DNA of 63,129 bases, filler included, from Octopus bimaculoides (Eukaryota), in the NCBI RefSeq assembly GCF_001194135.2. It is 6 parts of 6 records of this genome, joined end to end, with 100 filler letters (N's around TTAATTAATTAA, not from the genome) between each part and the next. Parts side by side here need not be neighbours in the genome. Positions count along the whole stretch, not along the records: positions 1 to 14,236 come from NC_069007.1; positions 14,337 to 20,988 come from NC_069002.1; positions 21,089 to 33,717 come from NC_068985.1; 3 more parts are not named here. One strand, written 5' to 3'. Below are positions 13,021 to 24,600 of this stretch, piece after piece. Positions within the stretch are counted from its first letter, which is position 1. Every line of letters begins with the position of its first letter. The notes below the pieces were generated by a model, which did no database searches, had not been told where the DNA came from, and saw only the letters and a program-made list of their open reading frames with translations. The position numbers and the translations under genes were made by a program.

Positions 13021-14088
13021 TTTAGATAGATAGATAGGTAGGTAGGTAGAGAGACAGACAGACAGACAGATAGATAGACAAAACTAGGATAAACATGCGT
13101 TATATAAAATAAACTTGTGTTTATCTTTAGTTTTCCTGTATTTGTTCTGTAACTCATAACTAGTAACACTAATCACTATGGATGTTACTTAACAATTAAA
13201 CAGAAAGGAGACTGCGTGATGACAATCTACATGGAACTCTACACATAACTAGCAATTATTTATGTGCTCAATATCTACTATATGTGTGTGTGTCAGTATG
13301 TATATGTGTGCGCCTGTAAAAGATTTAACTGTGTGGAGATAAATATATCAGTCTTAGACTTCTGTTAATTAAAAATTACTTGTTCACGGATACAGTGAAC
13401 TTGCTACATACCCCCAAGCTTTGATCCAATGTTATACCTTTCAAATATTATGATATCCGGACATTGCTGCACCACATAGAATGCATTATTATTCTCCATT
13501 AAACAGCAAAGATTGATAACTATGAAGAGTCAGCTTGTGTTTCGCATCCGTAGTCTTTTGTTTGTTGAAAACTAAAAGCAGTAACAACTGCCTAATTCTA
13601 ACACAAGATTTTATCGACATTCGGGTAGATACAATGCTGGGCTGACCCCAAAATAATTTGCAATGGTTATGTAAAAGCTTCGACTAAATATATCAGGTCT
13701 TTTGTCTAACACACTTGACATTCTTCAACTTTATCCACTGCCACGGAAGGAAGGGCATGTCGATCACTCGGGAACGATTGTAATTTGATACCAGATTCCC
13801 TGATTTTGGCTCGTATTTTCAGATTGTTTTCTGTTTTGTTTTCTTTGACACATTCTGATACAATGAGTCCGCCTATATGTCAGAATACAATTCTATATCC
13901 TGGATTAAGGGTAATAAATCCATACCTACTTTGTATTGAAAATTACTTCTTCCAGTTTTGTTGTCATAGCCATGATTAATGTAGCTTTAATTATATTAAT
14001 CAACTTCTAACTCCTCATCCACACGCCTAAAACAAAAATGCTTCTTTCTTTCCTATTTCAATGAACAGAGATGTGTGATGGAAGTACA

Positions 14089-14185
<97 letters not shown>

Positions 14186-14280
14186 GAGCATATATATATA
14201 TAAATAGATACATAGATAGATAGAGAGAGAGAGGAANNNNNNNNNNNNNNNNNNNNNNNNNNNNNNNNNNNNNNNNNNNN

Positions 14281-14292
14281 TTAATTAATTAA
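14281..14292. other. Artificial scaffold-joining spacer TTAATTAATTAA flanked by N runs
   Basis: The same 12-mer sits inside N runs five times and has stop codons in all six frames. Confidence 0.93.
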
Positions 14293-14337
14293 NNNNNNNN
14301 NNNNNNNNNNNNNNNNNNNNNNNNNNNNNNNNNNNNA

Positions 14338-14447
14338 TTGGAGCCTGGTGTTGCCATCCGGTTTCACCAGTCCTCAGTCAAATCGTCCAACCCATGCTAG
14401 CATGGAAAGCGGACGTTAAACGATGATGATGATGATGATGATGATGA
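14338..14447 (+). mobile_element. RTE-type 3' tail ending in (GAT)n
   Basis: ggagcctggtg...aacccatgctagcatggaaagcggacgttaaacgatgatgatg; simple-repeat tail typical of RTE-clade ends. Confidence 0.6.
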
Positions 14448-14483
14448 TATATATGTATGTATGTATGTATGTATATATATATA

Positions 14484-14790
14484 TTTGTGTGTCTGTGTTT
14501 GTTTCCCCCACCATCACTTGACAACTGATGTTGGTGTGTTTATGTTGCCGTAACTTAGCGGTTCAGCAAAAGAGACCAATAGAATAAGTACTAGGCTTAC
14601 AAAGACAAAGTCCTGGGGTCAATTTGTTCGACTAAAGGTGGTGCTCCAGCATGGCTGCAGTCAAATGACTGAAACATGTAAACATACACTCTGACATACA
14701 CTGGCGTACACACACTCTCACATACACTGACATACATATACTAAGACACACACACACACAGACATAGATTTACATAATGANNNNNNNNNN

Positions 14791-14833
<43 letters not shown>

Positions 14834-14950
14834 GTGCAGGTATGGCTGTGTGGTTAAGCAGTTTGCTTCACAACCACATGATTCTGGTTTCAGACCCATT
14901 GCATGGTACCTTGGGCAAGTGTCTTGACCTGACCAAAGCCTTGTGAGTGA
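14484..14950 (+). mobile_element. SINE family A 3' module (14484-14680) and a separate head (14835-14950)
   Basis: Similarity to the in-window full copies. Confidence 0.85.
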
Positions 14951-15719
14951 CTTTATTAGTGAGTAGGATGTGATTTAAGAGATATTTGGGGTTATTATTT
15001 CTCTCAGATTGAGTGACTGCATGCATGGAAGCTCTCTATGTTGGTTAAGAACTATTTATTTATCTCACCTGGTGTAAATGCTTGTTTCCGTTCCACATTT
15101 CCAGAAATCAAAACATTTTTTGAAGTTCTCTTAATTTTAGTCAATTTTGTTGCATCACCTGGATATGGAGAAGAAAGAACAGGGTTAAAACTGTTGCTGA
15201 TATTTATTTAGTTTGTGTTTAATGACATTGTTGTTTACAGGTTTTACAATGAGTCGATCATCAGTTCATTGCATTTCTGACAGAAAGAGCAACAAGGGAG
15301 TGTTTGTAACACACATGGAACAAATGTCCCAAGAGATTTCATTCATAAAACACTGTTTGCTGGAAATTTCTGAGTGATGTTCATATGTTTCACATTAGTG
15401 AGATAGAAACTTAAAGATACACTGAACAGTCAGATATTTAGAAAAGTTCTAATGAGAGCATTTGACAAACAAAAAGGGGACAGAGATGCATAACAAAAAG
15501 GACAACTGGAAGTTGTTATAGATTAACCTACTGAGGGTTACAGTTCAAATCTCTGGCTGGTACAAAGTTCCAGCCAAACCAACGGTGATGTGGTGCTGGA
15601 ACAGGGAAGTAGACCGAACAATAAAAGCAAAGACAGACTTTGAAGGTTTAGAAGGGTGGGGGTGGCAGAGAATTATACTGCACCAGTATGGACATGCAAT
15701 ATGTATGGAGGATGGGAAT

Positions 15720-16250
15720 AGCCGTATGGAGGATGGGAATAGCCGTATGGAGAAAGTTCAGGGAGCTTTTACCTCTGTTGGCAACCAAAAGTCTCTTTCT
15801 GTGAGTGAAAAGAAGGTAGTATGATACATTTGTAGAAACAGCAATGCTACATGGTAGTGAGACATGGGCTTTGAAATGCTACATGATAGTGAGAGGTGGG
15901 CTTTGAAAGCAGAGAACATGCCAAGACTAGAGAGGAATGAAGTTAGTATGCTCCACTGAGTGTGCAACAGAGTGCTAATGTATTGTGAAAAAAGAGGAAT
16001 TAAAAGCAGTGTGCAAGAGAAAAGACTGTGCTGGTTTGGTCATGTGATGCATATGGATGCGACCAGTTGCATAAAGAAATGCTAATCACTTAAAGTGGGT
16101 GGAACTTGTAGAAGGAGACCCAGGAAGCTATGGTACTAAGAATTGGAAGTTGATTTCAAGATGCTGACCCTTACAAAGCAGATGACAAAGAACTGAGATA
16201 TCTGGTGTCTTGTTGCACTGAAGAAGATCTGCCCACCACAGCAAATTTGG
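15720..16250 (+). mobile_element. Decayed RTE-clade LINE, RT C-terminal region
   Basis: WRKFRELLPLLATKSLFL*VKRR*YDTFVETAMLHGSETWALK...KRLCWFGHVMHMD matches the RTE LHGSETW and RLRW.GHV motifs. Confidence 0.85.
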
Positions 16251-16269
16251 TATTTTGAACCACTTTGGT

Positions 16270-16910
16270 AATGCTTGTCTTTGAGGGGTTCTTTCTCATC
16301 ATTCTTTCCACCCTCCATTTTTCATCTCCTAACATCCATCACTTCTCTATCACCTGGGAGCAGAATAAGCACATACTACATCTTTCTCAGTTACCTCTCT
16401 TCCCCCACCCCAAACAACTTCCATTTCCCGTCATCTTCCCCTGCCAACTCTCTCTACCAATCACCTTTCTGTGCCTTTTCTTCCCTGTATTATTCCCCAT
16501 CATTTGCACCTCACGTATTTCCTATCACCTTTCTTTCTCCCACATACCCACCACAACCCCCACCTCCACACATCTAAGTTTCTCTCCATCATTTACTACA
16601 TCACCACTTTCCTTCGCACTCACCCACTTCAAACTTCTGTATCACCTCACTTATTCTCGCCACCCCTAATGTCCCTTGAGGGCATGTCTTGAAACACCTT
16701 TGCCACCATCTCTCTCCCTATTGCTCTCTTTAACTCGTTTTCCTTTCCTTTCCAACTGGAGTATGCATGTATCTACTCTACATCAAGACACCTATCTCTC
16801 TCCCTCTATATTTTTAATCTCTTAACTGGCACAAAGCCACTCCAACCTCGATACTACTCCCCACTCCCTGTTGAGGGAGTTTTGCCTTTTTTTGTCTTTT
16901 CTTTTGTCTT
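16270..16910 (+). mobile_element. Possible Penelope-like 3' region with a decayed hammerhead remnant at 16671-16697
   Basis: Pyrimidine-rich; HFSSPNIHH resembles a GIY-YIG C-terminus; GAGGGC-AT-GTCTT-GAAAC stem II remnant. Confidence 0.35.
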
Positions 16911-17430
16911 ATAAGATACTTGGTGACCCTGTAAGTGATAGTGCCACACAGAAAACATTGGCGCTGGTGTCACATAAAAAGCACTGGTGCTACATAAAAG
17001 GAACTAGTGCTGGGGCCATGTAAACGGCATCCAGTACACTCTGTAAAGTAACTGGTGTTAGGAAGATCATCCAGCTGTAGAAACTAAGTCAAAACAAACA
17101 AAGGAACCTGGTATGGGTCAATAAAATAAGTATCAGTTGAGCACGGAGGTCAATTAAATTGACTTAGTCCTTCCCTTGAAAAATACTGGCCTTGCGCCAA
17201 AATTTGACGCCAATGTTAAATCTACTTACTGTCACATTTTTCATTAGGAGTTGCTTCCAGCGTCTCTCTATCAACTGTTATCTCTTTACCAGGGGTTGTT
17301 TCTCTGCCAGAGCCTTCAGTTACGTTGGAGGATTCACCTGTTTGAGCTCTCCTGGCTGCATTAAAAATATTAACATGCATATTATTTATTAGCAAAATCT
17401 GGAATCTGAGTTTACTTTTGATACTCACTT

Positions 17431-18000
17431 AAGTGGCAAAACCACAGACCTGATATAATGATTTGGGACAGAGAAGAGAAACTGTCCACAGTTGTGGAAA
17501 TCAGCTGCCCAGCAGATGTTAACATAAAGCTGAAGGTCAGTGAAAAAGAGAACACCTAACTATTGAGAAATCTGCAGTTATTTTATCCAGATTACAAGTT
17601 CAGGTTTATACCTGTAATTGTTGGGGCCCTGGGATATGTAACATACTGCCTAAATGCCAATCTTGAGAAATTAGGTTTCTCAAAACCAGGAAGGAGAAAG
17701 CTGATTTGAAGACGACAGATCCAATCCACCACTGGAACTGTAAAAATTTGTAAAACTTTCCAGAAGTTTATCATTTAAATATTTATGAGCATGTCTAGAT
17801 ATGTAGCTATATGCATGAGAATGCATACATAAAGCAAAACATACGAATCTGCACAAATACATTACATACATACAAAAGTACCCTGTTGATGTTGTTGAAA
17901 TTCCAATGAAGGAGCCTTGGATCTGGGTTAGAAACCAGCTCTTTCTCTATTGGCAAGAAATCTTGAAATAAACTGAATAATGACATACATACATACATAT
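17431..18000 (+). mobile_element. 3' end of an R4/Dong-like RLE retrotransposon (ORF end TAA 17776-17778 plus 3' UTR)
   Basis: NHRPDIMIWDREEKLSTVVEISCPAD...IPVIVGALG...TGTVKICKTFQKFII*. Confidence 0.85.
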
Positions 18001-18774
18001 AATATATAAACGCACATACACGCACACACACATGCACATATAGTTGTAGATGCTTGCATGCACATAGATAAAAAGAAATAAAAGTTCTTCAGAAATTACC
18101 ATCTGCCATGGCATAAACCTTCTTTTTACCTTCTGTTCGTTCCTGAAAAAGAATAAATAAATAATAAATAACTGAGCAAGAACCAGTAATGTTTTGTTTT
18201 GTTTTATTATTTTTATTTTTGTTCCTAGCATGTTTATTTGTTTTGTATCCTATCTTGTTATCTTATTTCAGTCATTAGACTGTGGCCATGCTGGGGCACC
18301 ATGTTGGAGAATTTTAGTTGAACTAATTGTCCCCAGTACTTGTTTTCTTTGTTAGCCTGGTAGTTATTCAATCAGTTTCCTTTGCCAAACTGCTAGGTTA
18401 AAGGGACATAAACATACCTACACTGGTTATCAAGCAGCGGTCGGGGACAAACATGTGACATAGATATCTGTATCGGGTTGAGTAAAAAGTAAGCAACGTT
18501 TTGAACCATAAAGAATTTGTACTGGATTTTTGCAGAGTTTTGAATTTTTTTTGCAATTGTCTGATAATACAGACAAAGACTTGCCCAAATACATCAATAA
18601 ATTAACATTGATTTTTTTTTTCATCGTTGTTACAATCATTTGAAATGGAACTGTTAAAGTGCGATATTCAAGCAATTTCGCTATTCAACTTCAAGAAAAG
18701 GACATTAAGCAGCTGAAACATTTGGTGAAGAAATGACCAGTGAGTGGTCAGCTCGAAAATGGTTTAAATGATTT

Positions 18775-18910
18775 CGCACTGGTATTTATTTTATCAACCC
18801 AGAAAGTATGAAAGGCAAAGTTGATCTTGGTGGAATTTGAACTCAGAACTCACGAAACACTGCTAAGCATTTTGCCTGGCATGCTAACAGTTCTGCCAGT
18901 TCGTCACCTT
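18775..18910 (-). mobile_element. SINE family B, decayed
   Basis: gaaaggcaaagttgatcttggtggaatttgaactcagaac...ctgccagttcgtcacc. Confidence 0.8.
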
Positions 18911-20695
18911 AGACTTTTTAGATATTAGAATCAATAACAAAAGAACGGTCACTAAGTTATCTTCAGTTTTGCAATGGACTGTTAGTATTAACAGGCACCA
19001 GCTCCGTGTGGTTAAGAAGTTTGATTCTCAACCAAATGGGTTGGGGGTTCAGTTTCACTGTGTGCCACTTCAGGCAAGTGTCTTCTGCTATAGGCTCAGA
19101 TCAGTGAAGGCCTTGCAAGTGGATCTGGTGGACGGGAACTGAAAGAAGATCATATTATTTGTAGATATGTGTGTACGCATTAACAATATGAGTGAGAATT
19201 GTATAAGTTGCACATGAATAAGAAAAATATTCTTGTTTAATTAGATGCTTGCTTCTACCACCACCGCTGCCACCACCACAACCATCGCTGCCTTTATCTC
19301 CAACGATGACAAAAACAACTACAACAGCAAGAATATTTTAATTGTTGGTCAGATTATTACTTACATAGTCAAGCGTGTTCTTCAGTTCAGCATTGTTTTC
19401 TTTAAGTGACCGTGAAATAGACCAGAGATAGTAAATAATCATGCTGAAGAGAATCAAAACAGAAACAAAAAATTAATTAATTAAAAAGACATTATAAAAT
19501 GCTTATGTAATATTGTATTATTTGTTTACAAGATAAATATACGATAAAAATATTGTCAACTTTTATTATACTCATTATATATATTGTATCTGGTATAAAT
19601 TAATATTAATAAGAAATATTACCAGTTCCTGGCATATTGGTCAAAAAAAAGACAAAACTGCTGGTATGCCACATCAGATAGTTTGAGAAGCACTGATGTA
19701 CAGGATGTAATATGATTGATAAGAGATTACAGATAACATTTATGAGAACTTGTGCCACAGGCAAAGGTCAGAAAATTAGGTGATGATAGTCATGGTAGGA
19801 TGGGTGTTTGTTGATTGTATGAACCACTGTACTTGACTAGTACTTTATTTTATTGACATTGATGTGTTTACATCCCTGTAACTTAGTGGTTTGGCAAAAG
19901 GGACAGATAGCATAAGTACCAGGCTTAAAAAAGAGTTCTGGAGTCAATTCATCTGACTAAATTCCATTGAGGCAGTACTCCAGCATGGCCACTGCTTAAT
20001 GATTGAAAAAAAATAAAGACAAAAGATAAAAGAAAGTTATTGAAATAAACAGAAAATGAGAAGTAACAGAAAGCAGTATAATGTAGAATGAGAGAATTAA
20101 AGAATTGGTGTGTGGAAGGTTTTGTCAATGTTCTGGATGATGAGAAGCATAAAGTGTGAAATAATTAAAGACAGGAATCAATAAAAGACATGAAGTTAGT
20201 GACCATCACTCCTTCTTTGATTAGTAGATACCCAACATCCAGCAAAGGTGATGTTGAGTTGGGTTTTAATCATGGAGTTCCTCTGTAAACTAAACATTCA
20301 ACAAATGTGAGTCTGGAGAAGGACTATATGTGGTCGCTTGATTGACTAGAAATGGCAGCCAAATTTCTTCAACTTATACCCTATCAATTTCAAAAGAACA
20401 CACTATTATTTTCTTTGTTTTAACTGTGTCATTGGATCACAACCATCCTGGGGCACCAAAGGTTTTTAGTTGATCATATTGTCTCCAGTATTTATTTCTG
20501 TCTGGTACTTATTTTATCAATCTCCTTTTATTGAATGTCTAAGTTAAACCACTTTTTTTTTTTTAAATATAAAGAGACATAACTCAACACACTGACATAT
20601 ACAGCTATATAAAATAAGCCAGGATAGGCATGGCTGGGGTGTTTTTGATTGCAGGTCTACTCAGTCAGTGTTGGCATGTTGGCTGTTCCTCAACA

Positions 20696-20959
20696 ACATT
20701 CGAAGAAAATACGATTGAAAATAATAAAAACGATGAAGTAATAAAACAGATAAAAAAAAAACCCAGTTTGAATGAGTTGGAAGAGATAATACCTGAGAGC
20801 ACCGAGTAATATGAAGGATGTTGCTGGGTTTTTAGCATATTTCATGATGAATGCAAAAAAGGCTGATTGCTTCTCGAGGACATCCATTACATCTTCCTGG
20901 CTCCTAAATTGGTCAAACAGATAAATGGTATGACAAGATTAGGTTTTTATCGTGATTGA
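20696..20959 (+). pseudogene. Candidate decayed coding fragment of unknown origin
   Basis: One frameshift and two stops explicable as CAA>TAA and CGA>TGA; otherwise protein-like: LNELEEIIPESTE*YEGCCWVFSIFHDECKKG*LLLEDIHYIFLAPKLVKQINGMTRLGFYRD. Confidence 0.3.
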
Positions 20960-21032
20960 TTTACAAGTTGTCTGTCTCTCTGCCTCTGNNNNNNNNNNNN
21001 NNNNNNNNNNNNNNNNNNNNNNNNNNNNNNNN

Positions 21033-21044
21033 TTAATTAATTAA
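21033..21044. other. Artificial scaffold-joining spacer
   Basis: TTAATTAATTAA within N run. Confidence 0.93.
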
Positions 21045-21164
21045 NNNNNNNNNNNNNNNNNNNNNNNNNNNNNNNNNNNNNNNNNNNNTTGAATAATAAA
21101 TGTAATAATTAAATTGTACAACTCGTTGTGTTATCTCTGCGAGTCTCCCGAGGGAAATACAACA

Positions 21165-21224
<60 letters not shown>

Positions 21225-21237
21225 GCATGTATATCTA

Positions 21238-21940
21238 CAGTAATGGCCAATGATTTTAGCAAAAGCGTTATTTACACCAAAAATGTATAAATATACCTAT
21301 CTAAAGCAAAAGGTTGATTTGTTTGAGCGCGTACTAGCTTATTAAAGAAGAATAATAACACGCTTGAATTATATGAACAATAATAAAGTGTGATACACAG
21401 TTATTCATCTTCCTCTCAGTATTTGTAGTGGGAAACCCCTATTTTTCGAGACGTTCGTGATTCGTTTAGGCATGTTGGAAACCAATCATTGATTCAGTTC
21501 TATGTTTACAGACCACAATTTTTGCTGTACGAGCGCTTTCAACTGTTCAGTATTTGTTGGTTTTTCTATGTCGACTCGGATTTTAAGGATGGACCACAAA
21601 TTTTCAATAGGATTTAAATCTGGAGAATTTCCCGACCAAGGCTCCAAAATTTCAATACCTTTATCTCCAAGTTACATTTTAATCTTTTTAGCAGTGTGGC
21701 AAGGTGCTCCATCTTGTTGGAAAATGCAAGTTTCTTTACCAAACTGGCTCTCAATGGTTGGAAGGAGATGGTTTTCAAGGATATTTTGGTACCATGTGGA
21801 ATTCACAGAAGTGTTTTTCGGCAATTCTGACAGTGATCCAACGCCCTGGGATGAAAAGCAACTCCACACATGAATGGTTTCTGGATGCTTGACTGTGGAC
21901 ACGATACAGGCTTCATCATAGCGTTCACCTTGTCACCAGC
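21238..21940 (-). mobile_element. Tc1-like transposon: 3' half of the transposase plus one terminus (TA|CAGTAATGGCCAA at 21236)
   Basis: GERYDEACIVSTVKHPETIHVWSCFS...FQQDGAPCHT...WSGNSPDLNPIENLWSILK; TA followed by a CAGT end typical of Tc1. Confidence 0.92.
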
Positions 21941-22134
21941 CCCAATCCACATGCACACACTTACACACTCTCTCACACACACACATGCGCTTTAGTTTTG
22001 GGATTACCACTATTTTATTATCTCCCCTTCTTCCTAGCTCTCCTGTCTGACCACCTCCGTCCAGCCAACCGCCATACTCGACCTCTAGCCACTAAAGCTT
22101 TTTTTATTTTCTCTCTGTTTATTTTTTTGTGTTC

Positions 22135-22170
22135 CTTTCTGTTGAAGAGCGTAGGTTCGGAACATAAAAG
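22135..22170 (+). ncRNA. Decayed minimal hammerhead-like motif in a Penelope-like tail
   Basis: CTTT-CTGTTGA-A-GAGC GTAG GTTC-GGAAC-ATA-AAAG: stems I and II intact, core mutated. Confidence 0.4.
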
Positions 22171-22263
22171 ACTTTCTCCCCTTCCCGAGCGCCAAACTAA
22201 TTCACCTGTTTGTTGTTTATACACCTGTCTTCGTCTTTTGTTGGTTTTTTTTGTAAATTCCAA

Positions 22264-22302
<39 letters not shown>

Positions 22303-22462
22303 AGGTGCAGTGTATATACACTGTACCTTATGAGCAATTCATAGTCTTTGGACTAAACATTTATACGCTAGGCCACTTGGAAGTGAAAACTTTTATTAAT
22401 TTCCATTTCCCTTTGACATGATTAAGTGTATATATTTGCGAAGGCTAAACATGCTTCTTTAA

Positions 22463-22538
22463 CCAGCTGGCAAGCTACTTCAAGCTGATGACGAGCAAAG
22501 ACTCAGAAACATGTCCCTGAATGCTGGCTAAGCTGGGT
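22463..22538 (+). ncRNA. Type I hammerhead ribozyme (predicted, slightly degenerate), cleavage after GUC at 22515
   Basis: TTCAAG-CTGATGA-C GAG CAAAGA CTC A-GAAA-CATG-TC-CCTGAA; palindromic ACATGT stem III; stem I extends (CCAGC/GCTGG) to ~20 bp with internal loops. Confidence 0.68.
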
Positions 22539-22681
22539 GGAGGAGCTTGTCTCCTCCTCGCAAACTTAAGGACACAGTAATTGTGTCAAGGCCGACAGAA
22601 AGCGGTCCAGCTTCCTAGGGCTAAACGGCAGTAGTGTATTCCCTTATTGGGATTGCCACATTAAGTTGACAATATACTACA

Positions 22682-22719
<38 letters not shown>

Positions 22720-22724
<5 letters not shown>

Positions 22725-23330
22725 GTAAGCAGAGTTAGCGGTTTTTTCAGATTTCCCAAACAATTTCAGGTCATCCACAAACAGATGGTTCAATGATGGG
22801 CCTTTCTTCCCACATCGATAACCCATCTTAACTTTCCTAAGTGTCATTGTTATGGGTATTAGTGCAATTACAAAAAGTAACAGAGTAAATGAGTCACCTT
22901 GGAAGATTCCCCTTTTAATATTAACGTCTCCAAGGAATACAATACTTGAGTACAATTTGGTTTTCCATTCTTTCATGCTATGCATCAGAAAATTTGTGAT
23001 GTTGTCAGCAGCACCAAACATCTGCATGCATTCAACGATCTAAGAACGAGGCATCATATCACATGCGTTCTTAAAGTCAATCCAAGCCATAGACATATTT
23101 GTCTGATGCTTTTTACAATGCTTCAAAACTGTTTTATCGATGACCAGGTGATCCTTGGTACCCTGAGAACTCTTCCTACATCCTTTTGTTCCCTTGGTAG
23201 TATTTCTTCCTGTGCCAGGAAAGTGTATGTCTTTGCCGTACATATTCCAGTGAGTATCTTCCAGATTATGTTTAGGCGTGCTATGGGGCGGTAGTTTCCC
23301 CACAATATTCCCATTTCTTCTATCTTTCAT
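22720..23330 (-). mobile_element. R4/Dong-like reverse transcriptase fragment (frameshifted)
   Basis: [55 protein letters not shown] are conserved RT domains. Confidence 0.93.
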
Positions 23331-23361
23331 TAATAAAATAATTCAATAATAATTGTAATGA

Positions 23362-23411
<50 letters not shown>

Positions 23412-24211
23412 GAAAATGAAAAAATTTCTTAATTAGTGATAATATTTGATANNNNNNNNNNNNNNNNNNNNNNNNNNNNNNNNNNNNNNNNNNNNNNNNN
23501 NNNNNNNNNNNNNNNNNNNNNNNNNNNNNNNNNNNNNNNNNNNNNNNNNNNNNNNNNNNNNNNNNNNNNNNNNNNNNNNNNNNNNNNNNNNNNNNNNNNN
23601 NNNNNNNNNNNNNNNNNNNNNNNNNNNNNNNNNNNNNNNNNNNNNNNNNNNNNNNNNNNNNNNNNNNNNNNNNNNNNNNNNNNNNNNNNNNNNNNNNNNN
23701 NNNNNNNNNNNNNNNNNNNNNNNNNNNNNNNNNNNNNNNNNNNNNNNNNNNNNNNNNNNNNNNNNNNNNNNNNNNNNNNNNNNNNNNNNNNNNNNNNNNN
23801 NNNNNNNNNNNNNNNNNNNNNNNNNNNNNNNNNNNNNNNNNNNNNNNNNNNNNNNNNNNNNNNNNNNNNNNNNNNNNNNNNNNNNNNNNNNNNNNNNNNN
23901 NNNNNNNNNNNNNNNNNNNNNNNNNNNNNNNNNNNNNNNNNNNNNNNNNNNNNNNNNNNNNNNNNNNNNNNNNNNNNNNNNNNNNNNNNNNNNNNNNNNN
24001 NNNNNNNNNNNNNNNNNNNNNNNNNNNNNNNNNNNNNNNNNNNNNNNNNNNNNNNNNNNNNNNNNNNNNNNNNNNNNNNNNNNNNNNNNNNNNNNNNNNN
24101 NNNNNNNNNNNNNNNNNNNNNNNNNNNNNNNNNNNNNNNNNNNNNNNNNNNNNNNNNNNNNNNNNNNNNNNNNNNNNNNNNNNNNNNNNNNNNNNNNNNN
24201 NNNNNNNNNNN

Positions 24212-24600
24212 CTTGGTATTGCAAGCAGAGCGGTTGGTGTCTTTCACAACGGCGCCCCACACATTGTAATCCATGGGATTACAATAGGGAGAATTATGTA
24301 GCCAGAAATTCGAATCGGTGAAGTCGTAGAAACCACTTTTGACTCTTTCCAAAGGTACAGCAAGGAAGCAAATTTTTCTGCTTCACATATGGCCTTCCAG
24401 CAGCAACCCCCTCCAGCCATGGTTTGACCACAGTCTCCAGCAGCTTCACACAGCCACCTGAATTAAACCTAAGGACCGTTCGTCAGTTTTCCGATGAATA
24501 CAGGCGTGCGGATGCAATCAGAACGCCTTGTGTCCCTTACTGTTAGCCACGGCTTCGTAGTCTCCGTTGCAGCCGTCCATGTCACATCTTATTGTCTTTA
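24212..24600 (-). mobile_element. Tc1/mariner-superfamily (maT/DD37D-like) transposase remnant
   Basis: LRFNSGGCVKLLETVVKPWLEGVAAGRPYV...NSPYCNPMDYNVWGAVVKDTNR; upstream RRSDCIRTP. Confidence 0.82.

Noticed and set aside
14356-14380. Minus-strand CTGAGGA...GAAAC resembling a hammerhead core
   Set aside because: Only 5 nt between the motifs (no stem II), and no stem I or NUH site; lies in an RTE-type tail
17893-17950. CCAATGA...GAAAC in the RLE element 3' UTR
   Set aside because: Core is not CUGANGA and the helices do not close correctly
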